Positions 52,543 through 64,000 of a DNA stretch of 64,000 nucleotides are shown here, piece after piece. Under the pieces are notes generated by a model, which did no database searches, was not told where the DNA came from, and worked only from the letters and a program-made list of their open reading frames with translations. The number at the start of each line of letters is the position of its first letter. Position 1 is the stretch's first letter. This stretch comes from Octopus vulgaris (taxonomy: Eukaryota), in contig OX597831.1 of the NCBI GenBank assembly GCA_951406725.2, forward strand, positions 30,938,001 to 31,002,000, read 5' to 3'. Both the position numbers and the translations under genes were made by a program.

Positions 52543-53577
52543 CACAAGGGTCGGCTGAATAGTGCATTGGCTGACGAAGATACTCTCATGGAATATGACC
52601 AAATGAGTCTTACTTTCAACATAGTCGCCCTTGAAGTTCACACACTTCTTTTATCGATACTGGAGCCAAATATTGAAGAAGTTTCCATTTCGTTGGGTAA
52701 AAACTTCATCAATATCAGCAAATATGACGACATCATCACTGCGATACTGGTTTCCAGCCAGGTGTCTTTTCGTGTTGGGAAACTCATGATTGTCAGATGG
52801 AGTCAAATCACAAAGCTAGTTTAAAGCCACAGTCGCACACAACAGCCATTGAAACGAAGCATTGCATGTTGGAATATTGCCCTGTTAAAACAAGACCCCA
52901 TTCGCCAGTTTACCTGGCCATTTGATCTTGACAGCCTATTGAAATTTGCTCAGCAAGTTGGCAAAAACTCCATTGATGGAGTAGCCCTTTTGAAAATAAT
53001 AAATAGAATACTTCTTGCATCCCCAAAAAACCTGAGGACCATCACCATCCCTGCAAATGAAACCAGCTTGGCCTTCTTTGGAGCAGGGTTAAGAAAGGTA
53101 CTTTCACAGCATGTATTGTCGCTTTGTCTCTGACTCAAAGCGATGAACCCAAAGCTCATCCTCTCTGAGGAAACATCAAGGGAACCAGCTGAATCTGCCT
53201 CAAACAATGTTAGATTTCCCCGTGATGCGATCAGCCACGTGCGCTTTTAATCAGGTGTCAGAAAACGTGACAGCCACCGAACGGAGACCTTCATCATGCC
53301 ATTGTGCAGAATATTCTGAACTCTTACTGGATATGTTAATAGCATTGGCTATTTGATTTATAATCAATAGCCTGTCATCCATCACCCTGTAGTGAACACT
53401 GTCTATGTTTTCCTCGGTGATGGCTGTTGCAGGATGTTCAGAAAAATTTCCTAACCTTAGATGGGTGTTTGGCTCATCGCTTTGAGCCAGAGACAAAGAC
53501 ACGATTCACGCAGTGAAAACAACCGTCCTCACCTGTTCCAAAGAAAGCCAAAGTCATTTCATCTGCAGGCAAGGTAC
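52543..53577 (-). mobile_element. Mariner remnant with right TIR and an inverted internal piece
   Basis: TIR-like CAAGGGTCGGCTGAATAGTGCATTGGCTGAC; C-terminal NFKGDYVE; DELWVHRFESETK...PAPKKAK; plus-strand copy HRFEPETK...PVPKKAKVISSAGKV at ~53465-53577. Confidence 0.8.
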
Positions 53578-54429
53578 TTTTTGAGACGAAAATAGTACCG
53601 CGTCAGTTACGTGTGACGAACCCTATTACCAGATGAGTTCCATCTCAGCAGCATAGCGTTCGATATGGTCCACCCCGGAATCTGCTTTGAATCTGCTTTG
53701 TAATCCTAAATAGGGTTGTAGACGCGGGGATCGGCAAACTGAAGTACTGCGTTCAGCAGTACTCATTCTAGATATGCCACTGTTCCAGACGTGATCATGG
53801 CGCCATTTTGTGGGCAAGCAAGGTTACATAATCTTATTCGTCGCCTCCTTTAAGACGATAACGTGGTTGAAGGAAAATTTGGCTATTATCACTAGCTAGT
53901 CGGGCGATCACGTACAGACGGTCCCTCTCTGGCTTGGCTCACGATGGAGAGAAGCTGGGCATCGATTACTTGTTTACTATGAGAGAACGAACGATCAGCT
54001 CTCCACGATTGTGAATAAATGTACAAATTAAAACTAAAATAACCATTTGGTATTTACATTTTATTTTCTTCACTTCTTGTGTCAGACATATGAAACGTGC
54101 GAGCACAATACTGTGTTCTATGGAGCAATAACGGAACGAATTGTGAAAATAGCGTTAGGTTTAAAATGGATGCTTTGTGACGCCTATGAAGCTAAACTGC
54201 TCGAGGTTTTAGCTCCTTCACTGTTGACACAATGCACGATGCTTTTTGGACACATTTTTGCTTTTAATGGACAGATTCCTCTATTAAAGAAGATGCACAA
54301 TAGTGCTGTGGAATCTGTTTGTTTGTAATATTTTGATAAAGTATTTATTTATGGTGCTGGGAAGTGTTTAGCGTGGTATGCAGCTAAACTATTCAGCTAA
54401 TAAATAGCTAGATAAATCGACTGATATTA

Positions 54430-55565
<1,136 letters not shown>

Positions 55566-55739
55566 TTTAATGAGAAAATGAATGCAAAAAGAATTAATGG
55601 ATTCAGTGATAATTATAATAAAAACAACAAAGATTATTTGTTTTAATGAAACACGAATCCAGTTTTGTAAATGGAAATTAATGAAACAGACTCCAGCAAA
55701 TATCTGGATCATGTTTCATACACACCCAAGAATATACAA

Positions 55740-56143
55740 ATATATATATATACATATATATGTTTATGCATATTTATACATATATGTGTGTGTATGTATG
55801 CATAAATGCATGTTTGCATGTATGTATGTATGTATGTATGCATGTATGTATGTATGCATGTATGTATGTATGTATGTATGTATGTATGTATGTATGTATG
55901 TATGTATGTATGTATGTATGTATGTATGTATGTATGTATGTATGTATGTATGTATGTATGTATGTATGTATGTATGCATGTATGTATGTATGTATGTATG
56001 TATGTATGCATGTATGTATGTATGTATGTATGTATGTATGTATGTATGTATGTATGTATGTATGTATGTATGTATGTATGTATGTATGTATGTATGTATG
56101 TATGTATGTATGTATGTATGTATGTATGTATGTATGTATGTAT
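55740..56143. repeat. (TATG)n microsatellite
   Basis: Directly visible. Confidence 0.95.
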
Positions 56144-56404
56144 AGAGACCACATTTTCTCCCATGCATTCTACCTCACATCAAAAACAATAACTATTACT
56201 GACATAGACACAAGGCCTGAAATGTGGGAGAGACAGTTAATCGATTCTGTTGACACCAGTAATTGACTGTTTAGGGTATCGATTCCAGAAAGGTGAAAGG
56301 AAAAATTTGACCTCAGGTTGTTTAGAGCATAAGTTTGCCGGAGTAAATTCCACCAGCTATATTCCAACTCCTAGCGATTCTGCAAATCCGCAGGCTTCGA
56401 GCTG

Positions 56405-57100
56405 CTTGCAGAAACGTAAGCACGCCGGTCGAAATGCTTAGCGGTATTTCGTCTGCCGTTACGTGTGAGTTCAAATTCCGCCGAGGTCGACTTTGCCTTT
56501 CATCCTTTCGGGGTCGATAAATTAAGTACCAGTTACGCACTGGGGTCGATGTAATCGACTTAATCCGTTTGTCTGTCCTTGTTTGTCCCCTCTATGTTTA
56601 GCTCCTTGTGGGTAGTAAAGAAATAGGTATTTCGTCTGTCGTTGCGTTGTGAGTTCAAATTCCGCTGAGGTCGACTTTGCTTTTCATCCTTTCGGGGTCG
56701 ATAAATTAAGTACCAGTTGTGCACTGGGGTCGATGTAATCGACTTAATACCTTTGTCTGCCCTTTTTGTCTCCTCTATGTTTAGCCCCTTGTGGGTAATA
56801 AAGAAATAGGTATTTCGTCTGCCACTACGTTTTGAGTTCAGATTCCGCCGAGATCGACTTTGCCTTTCATCCTTTCGGGAGTCGTTTAATAAGTACCAGT
56901 TACGCACTGGGATCGATATGATCGACTTAATCCGTGTGTCTGTCCTTGTTTGTCCTCTCTGTGTTTAGCCCATTGTGGATAGTAAAGAAATAGGTATTTC
57001 ACTCGTCTTCACGGTCTCAGTTCAAATTCCGCCGACATTGTTTATCATCATTTCGGGGTCGATAAAATAAGTCCCAGTTGAGATCCGGAAGTGGGGTCAA
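56405..57100 (+). mobile_element. SINE family B head-to-tail array (one head, three 183-184-bp units, degenerate fourth)
   Basis: Units start at 56443, 56626, 56809 and 56993, each with GGTATTTC. Confidence 0.9.
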
Positions 57101-57819
57101 TGAAATCAACTAGCTCCCTTGAACTACTGCTTACAGTAGAATGCTTAGCACGCTGGGCAAAATGCTTAGCGATATTTCTTCTGGCTTTACGATCTGATTT
57201 CAAACTCCGCCGAGATCGACTTTGGTTTTCATAATTTCAGAGACGATAGAATAAGTAGCAGTTGAACACTGGGGTTAAAGAAATCGAATGACAGCACACC
57301 TAAATTTCATGCCTTATACCTATAGTAGAAATGGCTCGAGAGTAAACTTGGCCTCTACGTGTGTCTTTGTGTTTGTCCCGACTCCCCGCTTAACAACTGG
57401 TGTCGGTTTGTTTACCTCCTTGTTATCTAGCCTTTCGCCAAAGAACCAAGAATAAGTCGTTAAAGAGAAAGTACCGAGGTCTGTTTGTTCTACTAAAATC
57501 CTTCAAGTTAGTGCTTCCGCATAAGTCGCACTTCACTGACTGAAACAAGTACAAAATAAAAGATAAGAAGAATGATATACCATATTCTGAAGCAACAAGG
57601 AACTTTTGGTCACGTATTTGAAGCGAAGCATAATCGAAGTAACAATGGAGCTGATTATTTACGAGAATTTTCAAGGAAGAAAAGGTTCGTGAGAAAAGAG
57701 ATAGTTTTAGGGAAAAAATACAAAAAACAAAAAAAAAAAAACAACAAAAAAAACACAAAGCAAGATCGTGGGAAGATCGAGAGAAATTAAACATAAGGAA
57801 ATGTAAAAATCTGGATGCA

Positions 57820-58860
57820 AGTATTTCAGGGAGAAGCACTTTCCAATAGTTTTTGCCACTCTGTTGATTCCTTTGACAAGCATACTGACAAAATCCAGCC
57901 CTGTTTATGAAATTTCCGTGAACAGGAAGAAAATTTATCATATGCTATGTATAGATGGCCTTAAATTCTACATCAAAAGTGAAAAAGACTTGCATTCTGG
58001 TGTTAAACCTTGGAGAATACCCAGAAAGAGAATGCAGCATGAAGTGAATAAATTTGGAACATTAACTTTGAAAAGTGATCGAAGTATTAAATCTGATGAG
58101 ATAAAGACGTCTCGAGACGATATCCTTAGGTAATTGAAATCAAAGGGTACAAGGATAACGAAATAGAAAGTAAAGTCAGAATGAAAGTCTCCAAAGAGTG
58201 TATGAAAAGGACTGGGATGAGACTTGCAAGAAAATAAACGGAAGATAATTTTATCAAGGCAGTCAGTACGTGGATCGTGTCAGTGTTGATATATTCTACT
58301 CCCTTTTTAAAGTGGACAAAGAAAGAGCTAGAGAAATTAGTTAGAAGACCTAGAAAGTTGCTCATAACGTATAAAACTACGATAAATGAAATATTGATAG
58401 GTTTTTCTGTTTAGCACAAAGAGAATGAAGCAGAGTTTTGTTAAGTGCAGAAAAACACCGTGACTGTGGGCTTGAAAACATATGCTGTGCAGAGTTAGGT
58501 GAATCTATTATCTGTGGCTAGAAATATCAAAGAAGCTATTGAAACAGCGAGACACTTAAAGAATTGTAAGAACGCCGGGACAAATAATTGAAAGAAAAAA
58601 AGAACTTCGTAGGTTATTGATGCAACAAACCAAGAATGTTGGAAGCGGCTGAGACATGGAAATTTGAAACGAAACACTGAACCACTACCTTTAGAAACAA
58701 TATATGAGGACGAACTTGATAAAATAAACTTAGATAAAATCCAGTCAGACCTCAAACGCTAAATGTATGAAAAAGGGACGAAAAAATTACCTATTTTTAA
58801 AGTTACTGCAGTAAACTAGTAAATAAGGATGATAAACACAAGTGTGAAGATGTTGATAAA
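57820..58860 (+). pseudogene. Decayed R4/Dong-type LINE RT/thumb fragment
   Basis: IPLTSIL...KIYHMLCIDGLKFY (eroded HLLYMDDLKLY); IKAVSTWIVSVLIYS..KWTKKELEKLVRRPRKLL. Confidence 0.7.
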
Positions 58861-60005
58861 AATGAATAAGAAGATAATTTTACTACCAAGACATATCCCA
58901 CGAAGCAACATGAATGATACAACCTCAATTATACAACAGAATTTTGTCAACCAAATAATATTAAACTAAGGCTAATCTGAAGCACAACGCACCAACACCC
59001 TACACAACAGAAATAAAAGTCAAGTCAACATCAAATGATTTAAGAACCTTAACCCTAACCCTAAGAAACAAAATAATCTATGAGAAAAAAAAACTGACAA
59101 ACAGTATAAAATATAAAGCAAACCAGAAAACAATACATAGATTAGTTAGCAATATCATCAACAACAACTCCAGAACAACATCTAATAGCAGGCACTCATC
59201 ACTCACTCTCTCATCTCCTCGCCATACTCATGATTTATCCACCATCTAGGTTCCACACACATCATACGCTTAGTCGTTCCTGGAATGTTTGCTCTCGGGA
59301 AAAATTTCATATTAGGTCCCACAGAATTTATATTAAAATGTGCTTCACTCACCCAACTTTCTCATTTTCTCTCTCTCTCTCTCTTTCTCTCTATCTATCT
59401 CTATTTCTTTCTTTCTGACATACAACTAGCTTAGACTTAGTAAACACGATACTAAGTATCCAAAACTTTCTATGATACAAACGGTATTAAAAACACTTTT
59501 ATGGGATTAAAAGAAATAGTATCACTCAAAGAGCTCGTAGTAATGCGTTAAAAACATTTGCTAAAATAACATAACAAAACACACCCCACTCCAAATTGTA
59601 CTCACAAGACCAAATCTTTTCTGAAAAAGGTTGTGATCTTATACTTACATAAAATCTTGCTTTCAAACTACAAATATCGCAAGAGACATTTGCAAACTAA
59701 TAGGTTATGACGCCACTCCAGAAATGCATACATTCAAGCCAAACAAAGAAAGACCAGCAGTAGATAACACCTCTTTGTTATTCATTTACATACACTCCCA
59801 TACTTCATCCTCTCCAAATCCTCAGTTTGCATATCTCAACTTCAACACTTGGAAACCTTCACAATACCATTGTTGGTGGAAATTCCAATGGTATTTTACA
59901 AATTCTATAAAATAAAGCATGAGATTTAAGGTATCTGGACACCCTTTTCATCCGAAATAATGTTCCCTGTCTCACTATCTCTCTCTCTATCGTTCTTCCC
60001 CGTCA

Positions 60006-60041
<36 letters not shown>

Positions 60042-60379
60042 CCTATCCAGCTGTAACAACTCCCTCCAGATTCCATCTTCCCACTCAACTAGGTGTTATA
60101 ACCGTCTAGCAAAAAAATCTCCAAATGTCCTCAGATTACCTGCCTATTATCATCATAACACTTCCATAAACTTCAAACAAAAACAAAGTAGAATGATTTT
60201 ATTTACCGAGGAATGGAATTAAGATTTTCAGATTTTAGCAGCATATAATCAATGACAACATAGACACTTTAATATATAAAGCAAACAAAATAAGTATCGA
60301 CCCATCTATAAACATATTCAATAATGTAATATAAAAAATACAGCTCTAATTATACACCAGGAATTGCTAACATAATATA

Positions 60380-61450
60380 AACTAAAGACAACCTCAAACA
60401 CAGTAGGCGAAAACCCCACCACCGAAAGACAACTCCTTATAAACGGGGGAAAACATTAAAAATAATCATTAGAAAAACAAAAAAGCGTTAACTATTCCAT
60501 TATAAATTGCTAAAACAACAGCAAAATACTATTTAGCTCTGTCAGCAGCGACAAATGTGACATCACACCCAATCCTCACTACATCAACAAATGCCGTTAT
60601 CAAGTATTTCTCGAAAATCAGCCACAAAGAACCAAGGAAAAGAAGTAAAGGAAAATATAAAATTTTAAAAATATACAACTTCAACCAAGACCATAATTTT
60701 TGCTTGTCACCAGACACACCACAAGCCGATAGGGAACTCTAAAAACTTAAAAGCTTCAGGATAAGATAAAATCACAACAGATGCAAAACACCTATGTTAA
60801 AAACAAGATATATAAAACGCCCCAGAACACCACGACAACATCCAAAAAAACACTATCTCTCCCATTCAGCCGAGACAAGCAGTAGGAACACATCCACACA
60901 GAAACCAACCCAGCTCCCTTGAGATAATAGCGGCATCAGAACTATGATTGCTTATGCAATCGGCGCCAGGCTTAAAGCAACGTTTATAAAAAAAAAAAAA
61001 AGAGAACTAAGCAAATATACATTTAAATTCAGTAACGCACTTTCAAAGGAGATGAAAGACAGTACTATCGCAAATGGAATAGGTGGAAACGAAGTCAAAT
61101 ATTTGATTGTGTGGTTGGATAAACAAATATAACAAACATTAGATACTTTTAATATTACTACAACCGTGTACTCTCGAGATTTTTGCAACATTAACCTCGC
61201 CATTAAAACGATTCTGAAGGTCGGAACGATGTGAAAACACAAACACATCCAAAATGTATTGTATAGCACATAAATTGTACACACTATAGTATAAAAGTAA
61301 AAGGTGCCTCCCCTTCAATTTACACTTCCATAGGAGATTACCCATATTGGAAACCGAATTATGGATTGAGACCAATAACCTTAAACAGAACGCCCAAATC
61401 ATGTATACTCTACTCATGTTACTGAAAACCTTTGGTGAACCCATTATTAC
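60380..61450 (+). pseudogene. Highly decayed APE-type LINE RT remnant
   Basis: KASG*DKIT (cf. KAPGPDGI) and EVKYLIVWLDK (cf. VKYLGV.LD) in order; A-rich coding strand. Confidence 0.4.
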
Positions 61451-61899
61451 TCACGAAAGACTTTGATATATCGGAAATAACTAAATTGAACATACTAATG
61501 GCAAAACCTCGAAATAGAAATTAGGAACGTGTGTCAACAGCGCCAAATTCACGAAGAACGGATGTATATTCATTACTTTAACTTCCGGCTGTAGTTTTCT
61601 GATTATACAGAAAAAGGAAAGGGTCAGAAAGAGCCATTAAAAGGTTTCTAAAATATTCTTCATAATGATGCAAACTGATTATGTATTCTATATTGTAACA
61701 AATTCTGAAATATAGTCATTCGAGGAATGAATAAATTAGCGAACGACAGTATACGATATGAGAGCAATAGGCTTGATAGCATGATGTGTGTCGGTATCTT
61801 GTCCAAAAGTGAAATAGTTAATAATTTTTAAAAAAATCTCCGATAGTGTAATCTCAATATTAATGTCATTGGGGTTACAAAAATAGGCATAGGGCCAGT

Positions 61900-62080
61900 A
61901 GTTTTTGAGGGATGGGGGAAGTCGATTAATCGACCCCGCTACTTGGCTGGTACATATTTCATCAACCCTAGAAGAGATAGAAGGCAAGATTAACGTCGGT
62001 GGAATTTGAACTAAGAACTTAAAGACGGACGAATGCGACGAAGAATTTTGCCAGGCATGCTAATGATTCTGCCAGCTCGC
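61900..62080 (-). mobile_element. SINE family B, diverged
   Basis: GGAATTTGAACT...TTCTGCCAGCTCGC. Confidence 0.7.
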
Positions 62081-62098
62081 TAAAAATAAAAGTAAAAA

Positions 62099-64000
62099 AT
62101 TATTATTATTTTTATTATTATTATTTTCTATTATAAACTAAACAGATTAGACTGTTGGAAAACAAAAATCCTAACATCGGGCTACAACAAGTAAACTTAG
62201 ATGTCAAGAACCATCCTAAGTATCCTAGCTATCCTTAATAACACTGTTGTCTGGAGCTGTACTAAACTGGGTTTTATGCCTATTTCCTCTATCCATTCGT
62301 TCAGATGTTCAAGAATAGTTCCCAAAGCACCTATAACTACTGGAATACATTTTACCCGCACTTTCCATAGTCTCTGTAATTCAATAGCTAGGTCCTGGTA
62401 CTTTGATATTTTTTCTATACTTCTCATATTAATTTTTTCATCATTTGGGACTGCAAAGTCAATTATCGGGCACATTCTAATCTCTTTATCTACTTCTACC
62501 AAATCAAGGCATCTAGCTTATATTACTCTGTCAGTCTGAATGTTGAAGTCCCACAACATCTTATATTTCTTACTTTCTAGTACTTTGACAGGTTCATACT
62601 CATAACATTTATCAGTATGTTCAAATCCTAGCTTTATACATAGCTCTCAGTGGATTACACTTCCTAGATTGTCATGTTTTTTCTTGTATTCTTTCATTGC
62701 CAGCATGCTACGTTGGTTTACTATATGAGTAACACTTTCCTCTTTTGATTTGCGTAATCTATATTGGGAATCTGCTTGCTTTTGTCTATCTTGGCTTTTA
62801 TATAACTAGTCCTTAATGCTTGATTTTGTGCAGCTACTAAAAACACTTTCTGTCTCCCTTTTCAGCTTTCATTTCTGCAACCTTAACCACATCTCACTAC
62901 TACTATTTGCTGCAACTATCTTTGGGAATCTACCATGCAATGCGTTCTCCAACCAGTCAGATAATTTCTGTTCTTTTGTTTGGTTTTTAAGTTCGTTTGG
63001 TGATTTGGTTTCCCTATGTCTTGCTGTGACTGAAGCAGCTTTTAATAAACTTTCTTCTCTATTACCTACATAGGAGTCTATATCTACTCTAACTAACTCC
63101 ATGCAGTCTTCTACTGATATTAACCCTTTTCCACCTCTGTTTCTAGGTAGGTATAATCTTGATACTCCTGCCCTTGATTGGAGTCCTCCTTTCATAATGA
63201 ATTCCTTCTTAGTTCTTCTGTCAAGCTCTACTAATTTAGTTTTTGCTCAATCTTCAAAAGCTGCTGGGTATCTGATCTTCTGTTGACTATTACTCTTGCA
63301 TAGATCAATAACTTAGTGTCTTCTATATTTTTAGTATCTATCCTACTGATAACTGAATCTACTTTCCTAATCATATCTAGCAGCTTCCTTCTGTTGGTGC
63401 CTTTTAATTTTGGCAGTCTTTTTCTTACTCCTTTAGTCATTACTTCCTGCAACTCATCTAAAATCTTCTGACCTCCCTCACTTAAGTCGCTGGTGCCAGT
63501 GGTCCCTTCCTTATTGGTAGCGCTATTGTTATTTTTTCCTTTAGATTCTTCTTTGGTTTGAGTAGTATCTCTTATGTTGTTGTTTGTCTTTCCCACTGCC
63601 TGGTCTTTCTCTTGTGATCTCTTCTACCTCCAATTCTGTCACCCGCTTTCCCCTCCTAATAGCATTAGCTTGACCTACTAATCTCTTCTCATTCACTTTA
63701 AATATACCCTTCTCTACTCAAAGTGTCAACATCCGTTTTCTATAGCCCTTTCTTTTAGGTTCACTTTCTAAGTAGCACTGCATCACTATCCTGTTTCCTT
63801 CGCTGGTCCACTTCCTCCTCTTTGCTCTATTATCTGCTAATGCTGTATTAGGATAACAGCTGTGGTCAGTCTGCACCTTTACAGAACCACTGCCGAGCGA
63901 GAGGCCTTCCCTTAATAGTCCAGCTTCATTTTTGCTGTTTACACTCAGAGTTTCTAGGGAAACTCCTGTCTCATAAATTGAGTTGAGGTAATGTTCGTCA
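62099..64000 (-). mobile_element. R4/Dong-clade non-LTR retrotransposon with the RT core deleted; runs off the window
   Basis: N-terminal RRKWTSEGNRIVMQCYLES..GYRKRM; post-RT RLYLPRNRGGKGL; REL endonuclease LWDFNIQTDR...IIDFAVP..EKISKYQDL..PVVIGALG; (TAA)n 3' end. Confidence 0.9.

Noticed and set aside
59045-59063. Telomeric (CCCTAA)n
   Set aside because: Only two to three units; not distinguishable from chance or a tiny interstitial remnant.

Overview
AT-rich, repeat-saturated eukaryotic DNA. The tRNA-derived SINE families and the density of (TA)n/(TACA)n/(GATA)n microsatellites fit an octopus/cephalopod genome best; this is inferred, not verified. No intact host gene is recognisable, only a few weak candidate exons, and most long ORFs in the track are microsatellite artefacts. 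Recognisable content: five SINE families, a Merlin-type MITE, mariner, Helitron, RTE, R4/Dong and Penelope-like (PLE) remnants. Three systems stand out. (1) An RT-less retroposon family encoding only a gag/ORF1-like CCHC protein: one 2.25-kb copy sits in a SINE tRNA head with an 18-bp TSD, and a second highly diverged copy shares a conserved 3' hairpin plus AATAAA terminus. (2) Short inserts, most within (TA)n tracts, carrying minimal type I hammerhead-ribozyme folds with non-canonical cores (U3:A8, U4C, A6U, long stem II), some as near-perfect palindromes. (3) A SINE forming head-to-tail multimers with one nucleotide-exact junction at six sites in four loci. Coordinates were read by eye; repeat boundaries are approximate unless a TSD or TIR is quoted.
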